From a bacterium (GTDB lineage: Bacteria > Patescibacteriota > Minisyncoccia > Phycocordibacterales > Zambryskibacteraceae), in NCBI GenBank assembly GCA_023266935.1, contig JAHFOF010000002.1, forward strand, positions 4,469-68,468: a stretch of 64,000 nucleotides of DNA, given 5' to 3'. Below are positions 10,401-20,200 of this stretch, piece after piece (the first letter of the stretch is position 1; every line of letters starts with the position of its first letter). A program made the position numbers and the translations under genes. The notes beneath the pieces were generated by a model. That model worked only from the letters and a program-made list of their open reading frames with translations, was not told where the DNA came from and searched no databases.

Positions 10401-11090
10401 TGTCTTCAAAATATTGTGAATAGCTTCTGCACCAATTCCCGCTTCGAACACTGATGAATATTTTGAACTAAATCGATGATATTCAACTTCATCTAATACT
10501 CGGCCTAGAGTAATCGATTCTATGTCTCTTTTAGTAGCAAGGGCAAGTTCTTTCAAGGCTTCTTTGCTCTTTTCATCTTTAAGATTTTTTATTTTAGCTT
10601 TAAACTCCGAATCAAGATCTTTCAATAAACGAGTTTTCTCTGCTTCGGAAACATTGGTAACAATATATCCAGCAAAATAAATAACCTTTTCAAGATCAGC
10701 TACAGGAATACCCATGACTAATGAGATTCTTGAAGGAACATTTTTGAGGAACCAAATGTGAGCTACTGGTGAAGCCAATTCAATGTGACCCATCCTTTCT
10801 CGACGAACAATCGAACGAGTGATTTCCACTCCACACTTTTCACAAACAATACCTTTGTATCTAATGCCCCGATATTTTCCGCAATAACACTCAAAATCTC
10901 GATCTGGTCCAAAGATTTTTTCATCAAACAATCCGTTTCTTTCACTTCTTTGAGTTCTGTAATTTATGGTCTCTGGTTTGGTTACTTCTCCATATGACCA
11001 CTCTCTGATTCTTTCAGGGGAAGCTAATTTAATAACAATGCTTTCGAAGTTAGTGGTGTCTATATTTTTATTTTTTGGAATTGAAGACAT
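7431..11090 (-). CDS. rpoC: RNA polymerase beta' subunit
   Basis: NADFDGDQMAVH and GEPGTQLTMRTFH motifs; start taken at MSSIPK. Confidence 0.98.
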   Translation of the reverse strand: MSSIPKNKNIDTTNFESIVIKLASPERIREWSYGEVTKPETINYRTQRSERNGLFDEKIFGPDRDFECYCGKYRGIRYKGIVCEKCGVEITRSIVRRERMGHIELASPVAHIWFLKNVPSRISLVMGIPVADLEKVIYFAGYIVTNVSEAEKTRLLKDLDSEFKAKIKNLKDEKSKEALKELALATKRDIESITLGRVLDEVEYHRFSSKYSSVFEAGIGAEAIHNILKTVDLVKLQKELEIQLETAPSTEISRLNKRISTIQWMRLANIRPEWMFLTRIPVIPPAIRPMVPLDGGRYATSDVNDLYRRVINRNNRLKKLKEISAPDVILRNEKRILQEAVDALIDNTIRHGTAAGSQSQRRPLKSLSDNLKGKRGLFRQNLLGKRVDYSGRSVIVVGPELKLHQCGLPKHMALELFKPFIISELLKRELAYNIPGARRLIEDAIPEVWSILETIIAGKYVLLNRAPTLHRLGIQAFQPTLIEGNAIQLHPLVCTAFNADFDGDQMAVHVPLSDAAQAEARFIMAADKNILKPGNGNLVLSIDKLDLVLGSYWATRIVNGEKGEGKYFSSPNSAILATDFDALSLRAKIQVLPTDTPKYKAFDGKLFETSVGRLLFNSVLPKDYPFQNYEMNSKKMGSLIDDLIEHYSLEKIPSIIDKIKAFGFKYATRSGTTWSLTDVKIPSAKEALIQGGREDVLKVVDQYDGGLLTEQERIQKTVEKWQSVRGEIEALLPDTLGDKGSVHDLIRSGARGSLGQINQMAGMIGIIQNVAGESLEFPILSCYKEGLTPLEYFITTHGSRKGLTDTALNTAKAGYLTRRLFDVAQDEIVSEDDCGTKESTIISKKTASGIEIPLSKTIKGRFLAKDVTDAKGEILFKKGHFVTKNDAVIIENANIESVEVRSPMTCKSLHGVCVKCYGADLGTNKIVELGEAVGTVAAQAIGEPGTQLTMRTFHAGGVASAAGDITQGLPRVEEIFEKRKPKNPATISHLDGLVSEIRIEGTDRTIILTPELGETKAKKLDNEYSIGPNRTILVKMGDTVKKGEFLTDGSADLDELFRYAGREKAENYIIHEVSKLYELQGAAVSHKHIELIVRQMFSRRKIREAGSTMFTRGDIVEVSDFVDVNNKARENDKEEAKAEAVIMGISEVSLSRSSFLSAASFQHTPRVLIQAAIRGAEDELLGLKENVIIGRMIPAGTGFKGGYKEKLICEAQSIQSKND

Positions 11091-11094
11091 GTGT

Positions 11095-14000
11095 TTATGA
11101 ATTATTGGCACCACTAGTAATATCTTTCGAAGCTGGCAAAGGTTTCGGACCTTTGCTCTTAAGTTCTAGATCAAGGCCGAGCCCGCGAAGATTGTTTAAG
11201 AGAACATTGAACGAAGCCGGAGTTCCTGGTTCACCAATTTTCTCTCCCTTTACAATCGCATCGAAGGCTGCTGAACGACCAAGGATGTCGTCAGATTTGA
11301 TAGTCAACATTTCTCGTAGAGTGTGCCCTGCCCCGTGACCAAGCAACGCCCAAACTTCCATTTCTCCAAATCTTTGTCCTCCGTTCTGTGCCTTTCCTCC
11401 AAGTGGCTGTTGGGTAATAAGAGAATAAGGTCCGATAGAACGCATGTGAATCTTGTCTTCAACCATGTGGTGAAGTTTGAGGATGTACATATAACCTATA
11501 GCTACATCTTGATCAACAGCTTCTCCAGTTCGACCATCAAAGAGTTTGACTTTACCTGTTTTATTGAATCCTGCACTCTCGAGTTCGTTTCTAATTTCTT
11601 CTTCTGTTGCTCCAGCGAACGGAGGAACAATCGCTTGATAGTTCAACGTGTGTGCTGCTAATCCAAGATGCATTTCCAGGATTTGTCCGAGGTTCATACG
11701 GCTAGGCACACCGAGCGGTGTGAGAATAATATCTATAGGAGTGCCATCTGCCATATAAGGCATGTCTTCCACAGGAAGAATCTTTGAGATAACTCCTTTG
11801 TTTCCATGTCGTCCAGCGAGTTTGTCTCCGACCGAAACATTTCTTAATTCGGCAACTTGAACGTGAATTTGTTTAAGAATTCCCGAATCAAGTTTGTCTC
11901 CATTTTCTCTAGAAAAGATTTGAACAGAGATAACTCGACCTCTTTTGCCTCCTTCCATTCTTTTCGAAGTATCCTTTACATCCCTGGCTTTCTCACCAAA
12001 AAGAGAACGGAGTAATCTTTCTTCTGGAGTAAGTTGTGATTCTCCTTTTGGAGTAATTTTCCCAACCAAAATATCTCCTGGGCGAACTTCTGCTCCAACA
12101 CGAATCACGCCATCTTCAGCCAAGTTCTTGAGCTTGCCCTCACCGACGTTTGGAATGTCGCAAGTAGTCACTTCTGGCCCGAGTTTAGTATCACGAACAT
12201 TCACCGTGAAATCTTCAATGTGAATTGAAGTAAATTTGCTGTTTTTAACCAATCTTTCTGAAACAATAATAGCGTCTTCATAGTTTGCTCCTGACCAAGA
12301 CATGAATGCCACGAGGATGTTTTGACCGAGAGCCATTTGACCATGTTCGCTCGATGAAGTATCTGCGAGGACATCACCCTTATCTACTTTCTGCCCAACT
12401 TCAACTGAGGGTCGTTGATGAAATGCGGTAAAACCATTTGTCATCGAGAAATTAACCAATTTGTGTTCATGCTCCTTGCCCGAACTAGTTTTAACTTTTA
12501 TTTTTTTACCATCTACATAAGTTACTGTGCCGTTCACTTCTGATAAGACAAGTCGACCTGTGTCTCTGATAGCTTTATCTTCAACTCCGGTTGCAACAAG
12601 AGGAGCTTCGGGAGTGATACAAGGAGTAGCTTGTTTCTGCATGTTCGAACCCATCAAAGCTCGGCTCGCGTTGTCATGGTTAAGAAATGGAATCATTGAT
12701 GTCACTATAGAGAATGCTTGATTTGTGGCTACATCGATAAAATGCACGTGATCTCTATGAACAGTAACGGGGATACCTTTAGATCGAACTTCAACTATTT
12801 CGGGTATAAGAGAATCATTTATTACTGGAGTCGCAGCGTGAGCAATGTTGTATCCCTCTTCTTCGAGAGCGTTTAAGAATTTTATTTCACCTGTTATCTT
12901 GCCATTCTTCACCACAGCATAAGGTGTCTCAACCATTCCAAAACTGTTCACTCGAGCATAAGAAGCGAGGCGCAAGATAAGTCCGATGTTTGGACCTTCT
13001 GGAGTTTGGATTGGACAAAGTCGTCCATAGTGAGAAGGATGCACATCACGTACTTCATATCCCGCTCGAGCACGATTTAAACCACCAGGTCCAAGCGCTG
13101 AGAGAGTTCGTAGGTGTTCAAGTTCCTCAAGAGCATTTGTCTGTTGCATGAACTGAGAAAGTTGGTTCGTAGTAAAGAACTCTTTCATCCTGGCTTGAAG
13201 TGGCTTTGGGGAAATAAATTGAACTGGAAGAGTAACATCTGTATCAATGGTGGACATTCTGTTTTGAATGTTTCTCTTGATTTGAGCCATACCGACTCGA
13301 ATCTTTTGTTGGAAAAGTTCACCGACATATCGAACTCGACGACTACCAAGGTGATCTATGTCATCCGCCTTCGCACCAGGAGTACTGTTGAGAACTGCGA
13401 TTTGAGCCACGATCATAACCAAATCATCAATAGAAAGTGTTCGACGTTCTATTTCTTTTGGAGTTTCTTTCAAACCGAATCGACGAATAAAAGCATAGCG
13501 TCCAACTTTGTGGATGTCATATCTTTCTGAATCAAAGATAGAGCGCACGAATTCTCGAGCGTTATCTGCAGAAGCGAGGTCTCCATCTCGAAGTCTCTTG
13601 TGAATTTCTATCGCCGCATCATCTTGAGTGAGAGTGTGATCTTTAGCTAAAGTTTTCTCTATAAAGTGTTTAGCTTCTGGTTTCTCTGCAAACAAAGCGA
13701 GAATCTTGTCGTTCGTTGAAGCTCCGAATGCTCTGAAAAGGACAGATACGGGAAATTTTCTTTTTCTATCAATTCGAACATAGATGGTACCGTCTAAATC
13801 TGTCTCAAATTCAATCCAGGCTCCACGACCAGGAATAATCTTTGCTCCAAATGTAGTTCGACCTTTTAATTCTTGAGAAGTAAAGAAAACACCGAAAGAA
13901 CGAGCAAGTTGTGGAACAACTACACGTTCAATACCAGAAACAATAAATGTTCCGTGTGAAGTCATGAGAGGAAAATCTGCCATGAAGATTTCTTGCTCCT

Positions 14001-14337
14001 TCTCAGTCTTCATAATCAGGTTTTTCAAACGCAAACGAACTTTGAGAGGAGCCTCGTAAGAAAGTTTGTTATCCTTGGCTTCATATTCATTGAACTTTGG
14101 TTCAGCTAATTCAAAACCAACAAAATCAAGCTGGAACTTCCTTTCAGAAAAATCTTTGATTGATGAGAATTCTTCAAAAACCTCTTTCAAACCCTTCTCA
14201 ATCAGCCACTTGAATGATTCGACTTGAGAAACCACAAGGTTAGGCATCTCGGTTAGAGGAGCGCGGAACTTCCCGAAATATTTCTTCTCTCGAACACCGC
14301 TTTTGGTGATTTTGCCCTTCACTTTTAATGTATCCAT
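11095..14337 (-). CDS. rpoB: RNA polymerase beta subunit
   Basis: GDKLAGRHGNKG and GGQRFGEMEVW motifs; start taken at MDTLKV. Confidence 0.98.
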   Translation of the reverse strand: MDTLKVKGKITKSGVREKKYFGKFRAPLTEMPNLVVSQVESFKWLIEKGLKEVFEEFSSIKDFSERKFQLDFVGFELAEPKFNEYEAKDNKLSYEAPLKVRLRLKNLIMKTEKEQEIFMADFPLMTSHGTFIVSGIERVVVPQLARSFGVFFTSQELKGRTTFGAKIIPGRGAWIEFETDLDGTIYVRIDRKRKFPVSVLFRAFGASTNDKILALFAEKPEAKHFIEKTLAKDHTLTQDDAAIEIHKRLRDGDLASADNAREFVRSIFDSERYDIHKVGRYAFIRRFGLKETPKEIERRTLSIDDLVMIVAQIAVLNSTPGAKADDIDHLGSRRVRYVGELFQQKIRVGMAQIKRNIQNRMSTIDTDVTLPVQFISPKPLQARMKEFFTTNQLSQFMQQTNALEELEHLRTLSALGPGGLNRARAGYEVRDVHPSHYGRLCPIQTPEGPNIGLILRLASYARVNSFGMVETPYAVVKNGKITGEIKFLNALEEEGYNIAHAATPVINDSLIPEIVEVRSKGIPVTVHRDHVHFIDVATNQAFSIVTSMIPFLNHDNASRALMGSNMQKQATPCITPEAPLVATGVEDKAIRDTGRLVLSEVNGTVTYVDGKKIKVKTSSGKEHEHKLVNFSMTNGFTAFHQRPSVEVGQKVDKGDVLADTSSSEHGQMALGQNILVAFMSWSGANYEDAIIVSERLVKNSKFTSIHIEDFTVNVRDTKLGPEVTTCDIPNVGEGKLKNLAEDGVIRVGAEVRPGDILVGKITPKGESQLTPEERLLRSLFGEKARDVKDTSKRMEGGKRGRVISVQIFSRENGDKLDSGILKQIHVQVAELRNVSVGDKLAGRHGNKGVISKILPVEDMPYMADGTPIDIILTPLGVPSRMNLGQILEMHLGLAAHTLNYQAIVPPFAGATEEEIRNELESAGFNKTGKVKLFDGRTGEAVDQDVAIGYMYILKLHHMVEDKIHMRSIGPYSLITQQPLGGKAQNGGQRFGEMEVWALLGHGAGHTLREMLTIKSDDILGRSAAFDAIVKGEKIGEPGTPASFNVLLNNLRGLGLDLELKSKGPKPLPASKDITSGANNS

Positions 14338-14453
14338 TAGAAAATTTGAAATGATAGAAAATTCAAACAACACCCAAAAAGGCATTGCTTGTCTTATAAA
14401 TTAAACTTTATTTAGAAACTGTGCAGAAACGAAGTCTTAACAAATCGCCTTGT

Positions 14454-14486
14454 CACCGCCTCGGCGGGACCCCGCTAAAAGCGGTG
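14454..14486. repeat. GC-rich double-hairpin (REP-like) palindromic element
   Basis: CCGCC-tc-GGCGG and CCGCT-aaa-AGCGG hairpins in an AT-rich intergenic region. Confidence 0.5.
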
Positions 14487-14563
14487 GTTTATAGCCATAT
14501 TTTGACTATTTTTGCTTCGGTTCAATCATAACACAATCAGTTCGAAGTACCCAAGAGTCTATA

Positions 14564-15340
14564 TTAATAGCCATTTTCTGTCAATCTGTTATCCCCAGAT
14601 GACTTTTTTGAGATAACTGCAAGAGATACCCCGAATGGGAAATTTATTTTATGAAGAAGAATGGATTCGAATTTAAAAATATAATAGAAAACTTTGTTTA
14701 TAAAACGATTGCCCAATCTGGTCTCATCTTCTGGTTTATATTTATTAGGAATCAATCGGCTGATTAATCGAACAAATAAAATGGGAGGAAATAAAAAAGT
14801 ATTAAAATAAGTTGAGCGAATAATCTTAAAATCTGATTCTTTTAATTTAGAGACCAATTCACTTTTTGTGTATCTTCGAAAATGTTGACTGACTTCATCA
14901 GTTATCCCCCACAAAATCATAAACGCAGGGACGAAGGAGATGAGAATACCATCTGGCTTTAAGACTCTGTGTAGTTCTTTAATCGCCTTTTTATCATCTT
15001 CAATATGTTCGAGCACATCCAACACGAGCACAACATCAAACTGATTATCATTATAAGGAAGTTTCTCCCCCACGCCCTGAACTACATTTTTTAAACCTCT
15101 CTCTTTACAATATTCAACTGCCTTGTAAGAAAAATCTATACCCGAAGCGCGACCATATCTTTCAAGTTCTCCAGTGAGTACCCCTGTCCCACAACCAACA
15201 TCGAGAATTTCTAAATTAGAATTAACTACATCTAATGCGGAATATTTATTTATTAAAAAATGCACTAGTTCCCTTCTCACCTTAAACCACCAGTGATCCT
15301 TTTCTGCCTTATAGTATGAGTCATAATACGATTCTCTCAT
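14564..15340 (-). CDS. Class I SAM-dependent methyltransferase
   Basis: ILDVGCGTG, LDVLEH and LKPDG motifs. Confidence 0.9.
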   Translation of the reverse strand: MRESYYDSYYKAEKDHWWFKVRRELVHFLINKYSALDVVNSNLEILDVGCGTGVLTGELERYGRASGIDFSYKAVEYCKERGLKNVVQGVGEKLPYNDNQFDVVLVLDVLEHIEDDKKAIKELHRVLKPDGILISFVPAFMILWGITDEVSQHFRRYTKSELVSKLKESDFKIIRSTYFNTFLFPPILFVRLISRLIPNKYKPEDETRLGNRFINKVFYYIFKFESILLHKINFPFGVSLAVISKKSSGDNRLTENGY

Positions 15341-16038
15341 CCTTTGAGTCTATACTGAATGAGGTTTTTTATAAACTCATATATGGCTGACAGTTTGACA
15401 TACGAAACTCGATTCTCGTGCTGAAGAAATACGGTTGGGACTTGAGATATTTTAAACTTTAGTTTGGTTGCCTGAATCACAATTTCTGCATCTATAAACC
15501 AATCATCAGAGACTAGATTGAGTTTTTCTAATGCACTACGAGTAAATATTTTTGGTTTAGAGTTCGCATCTAAAATCTTTATATTTGGAAACAGAATTTT
15601 AAAAAAGATATTGTAAATTCTAGAATTGAGTAATCTTTGTAACCCATCTCCGCGCTTGACTCTATATGTTTGGGCCATGTCACCTTTATTCTCAATCAAA
15701 GAATCATACACTCGGACCACATCTTCTGCAGGATTCTGTCCGTCTCCGTCTATGAACAAGACCGTTTGCCCCCTTGCTTCCTTTAACCCCATTCGAACAT
15801 CCCAACCGAATCCGCCTTTTTTTTCTTTGGACACTGGTTTGATATGTGAATCATTTTGGGCTAAATTCTTTAAAATATTCGGTGTCTCATCAGTATCACC
15901 AGGATAAAAATTAGAAACTGGGATTATCTCATACGACACCCCTTTAGCTTCTACCGCTTTTTTAATTTTTGAAAGAAAATCAACTATGGGTTTACCCTCT
16001 TTATAACAAAGAACAACTACAGAAATATCTGGACTCAT
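15337..16038 (-). CDS. Glycosyltransferase family 2 (DPM1-like)
   Basis: ISVVVLCYKE, FIDGDGQ and WFIDAE motifs. Confidence 0.85.
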   Translation of the reverse strand: MSPDISVVVLCYKEGKPIVDFLSKIKKAVEAKGVSYEIIPVSNFYPGDTDETPNILKNLAQNDSHIKPVSKEKKGGFGWDVRMGLKEARGQTVLFIDGDGQNPAEDVVRVYDSLIENKGDMAQTYRVKRGDGLQRLLNSRIYNIFFKILFPNIKILDANSKPKIFTRSALEKLNLVSDDWFIDAEIVIQATKLKFKISQVPTVFLQHENRVSYVKLSAIYEFIKNLIQYRLKG

Positions 16039-16676
16039 TTTTTTCTTTTCTTCTTCCATTCGTCAATATTAGCACGATGGCCTGAAAGCAAAATTTTCGG
16101 CACTTTATAAATCTTACCCTTATATTGAAACGCCTCTGGGCGAGTATACGAATCTCCGCCAATACGTTTTTCTTCTAGTGAATCGAAGTTGCCGAGCACT
16201 CCTTCAACTTGTCTGCTGATAACATCGATTAAAAGCATCGCGGGGAGTTCCCCGCCGGTCAGAACAAATGGCCCAACCGAAACTTCTTCTGTTTTAAATA
16301 TTTTTTTTACTCGTGCATCTATACCTTCGTATCGACCACACACGATGATGATATCTTTGAATTTATTGACAACATTCTTTGCATAAGGATTATTAAACTG
16401 TTTTCCGCCTGGAGAAAGAAAAATTATTTTTGGTTTTGATTTAGATTTCTTAACTGCATTTTCAATCGCCTTTATTACTGGTTCAGCTTGGATAACCATC
16501 CCCGGCCCTCCTCCGTATGGTGATCGATCGACACGAGCAAATTTATCCTTAGTGAAATCTCTAGGATTGTAGAAAGAAACTTTTATTTTTTTGTCTTCAA
16601 TTGCCCGTTTCAAAATAGATTCTCCGAGGTACGAATCAAAAGACTTTGGGAATAGAGTAATAATATGGAAATGCAT
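16035..16676 (-). CDS. trmD: tRNA (guanine37-N1)-methyltransferase
   Basis: PYGGGPGMV, CGRYEGIDAR and VLTGGELPA motifs. Confidence 0.97.
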   Translation of the reverse strand: MHFHIITLFPKSFDSYLGESILKRAIEDKKIKVSFYNPRDFTKDKFARVDRSPYGGGPGMVIQAEPVIKAIENAVKKSKSKPKIIFLSPGGKQFNNPYAKNVVNKFKDIIIVCGRYEGIDARVKKIFKTEEVSVGPFVLTGGELPAMLLIDVISRQVEGVLGNFDSLEEKRIGGDSYTRPEAFQYKGKIYKVPKILLSGHRANIDEWKKKRKK

Positions 16677-16691
16677 TTTCTTTTTTTTGGT

Positions 16692-17036
16692 TTAATCCAA
16701 ATTCAAGTCTTCCATCGCCTCGTCGAGTGATTTGGAAGCAACAGGAGTATTCGACGGAGCACTTCGAATATAAGATTCACGTGGGACACCGCCTGCTGGT
16801 TCAGCGATTTTCAAATTCACTCGAGCGTTATTCTTCATACCCACAACACGAAGAAGAATACGAATTGCTTTCGCTGTGTTTCCCGCTCGACCAATCACTT
16901 TACCCATATCATCTGGGTGCACGTCGAGAGTCATCAGCACACCCATCTCATCTACTGTTCTTTTTATTTTGACATCGTTTGGATGTTCAACAAGAGCTTT
17001 CACTACAAATTCAAGAAATTGTGTATCGTCAATCAT
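16692..17036 (-). CDS. khpA: KH-domain RNA-binding protein KhpA
   Basis: DMGKVIGRAGNTAKAIR; rpsP-khpA-trmD synteny. Confidence 0.9.
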   Translation of the reverse strand: MIDDTQFLEFVVKALVEHPNDVKIKRTVDEMGVLMTLDVHPDDMGKVIGRAGNTAKAIRILLRVVGMKNNARVNLKIAEPAGGVPRESYIRSAPSNTPVASKSLDEAMEDLNLD

Positions 17037-17077
17037 ACTGAAGATCATTAAGGAATAATCTGGATTCGGGAACAACT

Positions 17078-17470
17078 TTATTCTACCACGGGTTCTGCGG
17101 GTGTTTCAGCTATGGGTTCGGGAACTACTTCTGGCTCTGCTTCCTTGGGTTCATTCACTACGGCTTCAGCAACTACTGGTTCTTCTGCTTTTATTATAGG
17201 TTTTTTCTTTGGGAGCACGTTTATTTTCTTCGCATCAATTATTTTATGAGCCACGAGGAGATTGTGGACAGTGTCTGTGGCAGAAACACCTTTCGCCAAG
17301 AGATCCTTGACTCGACCAACATTAAAAGCCTCTGAGGTCTTACGAAAATCGAAAGAACCGATGATTTCTTTGAATCGTCCGGATTTAGTAGAATTCTTTG
17401 AGTCAGTGAGAACAAGACGAAACGATGGTTCGTGCTTGCGTCCTACCCTTTGAAGTCTCATTTTTAGCAT
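17078..17470 (-). CDS. rpsP: 30S ribosomal protein S16
   Basis: MLKMRLQRVGRKHEPSFRLV. Confidence 0.95.
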   Translation of the reverse strand: MLKMRLQRVGRKHEPSFRLVLTDSKNSTKSGRFKEIIGSFDFRKTSEAFNVGRVKDLLAKGVSATDTVHNLLVAHKIIDAKKINVLPKKKPIIKAEEPVVAEAVVNEPKEAEPEVVPEPIAETPAEPVVE

Positions 17471-17528
17471 GGGTCATATAGTAGCAATAAAGTAGAACGA
17501 GGTCAATAAGTCTGCTATAGTTAGAAAA

Positions 17529-19451
17529 ATGCCGAAAGAATTAGAAAAACTAAAAGGAATCATAAAAGTCACGGGTAAGGGTGTAGGATACTTCCCTAAC
17601 CCCAAGGACGAAAACAACGATTTTGAAATCCAACCAGAAAGAATAAAAACTGCTTTGTCTGGAGACACTGTCATGGTTAATCCTCTGGGCATAGAAGTTT
17701 ATGGTCGTCAGCAAGCCGAGGTAATTGAAATTGTTGAACGTAAGAAACTTGAATTCGTGGGGACCTTAGAAAAGTCTGCCGAGGGATTTTTTTTCATCGC
17801 CGATGATAAAAAAATGTATAGGGACATTTCTGTTCCTTCAAACAAATCTGCTGGGGCCAAAGACGGAGACAAGGTCCAAGTGAAGATAACTGAATGGACA
17901 GACGCATCAAAGAGCCCGGTTGGAGAAGTCATCCGTCTCATCGGACGCAAGGGTGAACACAACGCTGAAATGCTCGGTATAGTACTCGAACGAGGATTCG
18001 ACGTGGATTTCCCCGCTGATGTAGAAGCCGAAGCAGAATCTTTGAAAAAAAATTTTGCTACAGAGGATCATTTGAAAGATAGACGAGATATCCGAACTAC
18101 TACCACCTTCACCATCGATCCAGCGGATGCCAAAGATTTTGATGATGCGATTTCTTTTAAAAAAATTGATGAAAATAGTTTTGAGATAGGTATTCACATT
18201 GCAGATGTCTCTCACTTTGTTGTACCCAATACAGCTTTGGACAAAGAAGCTCTGCACAGAGGTACGTCCATTTATCTAGTTGATCGTACTATCCCCATGC
18301 TTCCAGAAATCCTTTCAAATGACCTCTGCTCTTTGAATGCAAACGAGGACAAATATGCTTTCTCTTCAATCTTTGTTTTAGATAAAAATGGAGGAGTGAA
18401 AGAAAGATGGTTTGGACGAACACTCATAAATTCAGATAAACGATTTACTTACGAAGAAGCTCAAGAAATTTTGGACAACAAATCTGGAATGTTTTTTGAA
18501 GAACTAAACACTTTGAACCAAATCGCCTATAAACTCAGAGAAGAAAAGTTTAGAAATGGAGCTATAGAATTCGAAACAGAAGAAGTGAAGTTTGAGCTCG
18601 ATTCCCTCGGCAAACCGATTCGAGTTTATAAAAAAGCTCGCAAGGACACGCACAAACTGGTTGAAGATTTTATGTTGCTAGCCAACAGAGAAGTGGCCAA
18701 AGTTCTCGATAGTGCCACAAAGAAAAATGGTAAAGCAGCTGGAGTTTATAGAATCCATGATGCTCCAGATAAAGAAAAGATAGAAAACCTCGCCGAATTT
18801 GTGAAGGCACTCGGATTTGAATTAAAACACAAAAAGGGCGAGACCACCGGTGAAGAAATCTCTAAAATGCTCAAATCAGTCGAGGGAACACCGGTAGAAA
18901 CTCTTATAAAAACAGCCGCTATTCGAAGTATGTCTAAAGCAGTTTATTCTACTTCAAACATCGGACACTTTGGATTGGCTTTTGAATATTATACCCACTT
19001 CACTTCTCCGATTCGTCGATATCCTGATGTGATGGTTCATCGTCTGCTTCAAAGATTCATAATTAATGGGAAAATTGAACAAGATGAAATTTTAAAATAC
19101 CAAAACCTTTGTGATAAAGAGAGTGAACGAGAAATCGAAGCAGCAGATGCTGAACGAGCTTCTATAAAATACAAACAAGTTGAATACATGCAGGAACATG
19201 TAGGTGAAGAATTTGAAGCAATCGTTTCCGGAGTTAGTGAATGGGGTATGTATGTTGAAGAAAATAACACGAAGGCAGATGGGATGGTGAAGCTTCGTGA
19301 TATGACTGATGATTTCTACGAACTTCAACCGAAAATCTATGCGGTGGTTGGTCAAAAAACTGGCAAAAAATATTCTCTTGGAGACAAAGTCCGAGTGAAA
19401 TTAATCTCCGCCGACCCAGAACGCAAGACTCTTGATTTCGTGTTGAGATAA
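17529..19451 (+). CDS. rnr: Ribonuclease R
   Basis: TIDPADAKDFDDA and HFTSPIRRYPD motifs, C-terminal S1 domain. Confidence 0.95.
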   Translation: MPKELEKLKGIIKVTGKGVGYFPNPKDENNDFEIQPERIKTALSGDTVMVNPLGIEVYGRQQAEVIEIVERKKLEFVGTLEKSAEGFFFIADDKKMYRDISVPSNKSAGAKDGDKVQVKITEWTDASKSPVGEVIRLIGRKGEHNAEMLGIVLERGFDVDFPADVEAEAESLKKNFATEDHLKDRRDIRTTTTFTIDPADAKDFDDAISFKKIDENSFEIGIHIADVSHFVVPNTALDKEALHRGTSIYLVDRTIPMLPEILSNDLCSLNANEDKYAFSSIFVLDKNGGVKERWFGRTLINSDKRFTYEEAQEILDNKSGMFFEELNTLNQIAYKLREEKFRNGAIEFETEEVKFELDSLGKPIRVYKKARKDTHKLVEDFMLLANREVAKVLDSATKKNGKAAGVYRIHDAPDKEKIENLAEFVKALGFELKHKKGETTGEEISKMLKSVEGTPVETLIKTAAIRSMSKAVYSTSNIGHFGLAFEYYTHFTSPIRRYPDVMVHRLLQRFIINGKIEQDEILKYQNLCDKESEREIEAADAERASIKYKQVEYMQEHVGEEFEAIVSGVSEWGMYVEENNTKADGMVKLRDMTDDFYELQPKIYAVVGQKTGKKYSLGDKVRVKLISADPERKTLDFVLR

Positions 19452-19496
19452 GAGTAATGTTTATTTCGGAAGTTTCCCCTTTCGTACAGGTGTACT

Positions 19497-19640
19497 ATGG
19501 CCTACAAGAAAAAGGCTCCGAGCAAGGCCTACTTGGCCAAACTCAAAGCAAAGAAGAGCAAGAAGAGGCGTCGGGTTTCTCGGCGGCCTCGTGCCCAGCT
19601 AGTAATCACCATCTACGTTGTAGTCAAGAAGGTGAGATGA
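19497..19640 (+). CDS. 47-aa very basic small protein (MAYKKKAPSKAYLAKLKAKKSKKRRRVSRRPRAQLVITIYVVVKKVR), not in the ORF track
   Basis: Open frame ATG 19497 to TGA 19640, AGGTG upstream, terminator immediately after. Confidence 0.6.
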   Translation: MAYKKKAPSKAYLAKLKAKKSKKRRRVSRRPRAQLVITIYVVVKKVR

Positions 19641-19645
19641 TTCAC

Positions 19646-19671
19646 AGCCCGCTAACCAGCGGGTTTTTTAT
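19646..19671 (+). terminator. Intrinsic terminator
   Basis: GCCCGCT aacc AGCGGGT TTTTT. Confidence 0.75.
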
Positions 19672-19709
19672 TTGTTAAATTCAACTTCATCATTAAGCCC
19701 AAATTTTAT

Positions 19710-19729
19710 CACTACATTATAATGTAGTG
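19710..19729. promoter_or_regulatory. Perfect 20-bp palindrome CACTACATTATAATGTAGTG (putative operator, copy 1)
   Basis: Self-complementary; the same core recurs at 20201-20218. Confidence 0.7.
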
Positions 19730-19786
19730 TATTAAGGTTTTGTAATACGAAATAGTTAGATAAACAATGGACACAATCAACGGGGA

Positions 19787-20188
19787 TCACTTCCTCCCCC
19801 ATGATTTCCAATGCCCCCTTCCATATCTCGGTGGCATGCCTATGAGTATAAATTTTTCGATTTGTTCAAGAATATCTTTCTTATATTCTCCTGTGATATT
19901 TAAAGTGGCTTTATATTTGTTATTCTCAATTTTCATAGCCAATTTAGAGACAGTCGTTGGACTCACATGCAAACTTTCAGTTATTACGTGTTGAGGGATT
20001 TCCTTAGCCAGTAGAAATATTATAGCGAGCCGTTTAGCGAGCATCACTTTCTCAGTTCTAGTAAATAATTCTCCTGCCATATACTTGAATTTACCTTGCT
20101 TTCCAGCTTTTTCTATTGATTTTATAAATTGATCAAAGAGCTTATTAAAAATTTCTTTGCCCAACTTCTTATTTGACACATGAGTCAT
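19787..20188 (-). CDS. TrpR-like (YerC/YecD) HTH protein
   Basis: LFTRTEKVMLAKRLAI...VITESLHVSPTTVSK. Confidence 0.8.
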   Translation of the reverse strand: MTHVSNKKLGKEIFNKLFDQFIKSIEKAGKQGKFKYMAGELFTRTEKVMLAKRLAIIFLLAKEIPQHVITESLHVSPTTVSKLAMKIENNKYKATLNITGEYKKDILEQIEKFILIGMPPRYGRGHWKSWGRK

Positions 20189-20200
20189 AATGTCAATATT

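Noticed and set aside
19457-19678. 73-aa plus-strand ORF from the track
   Set aside because: It runs through the terminator; the alternative frame 19497-19640 fits better
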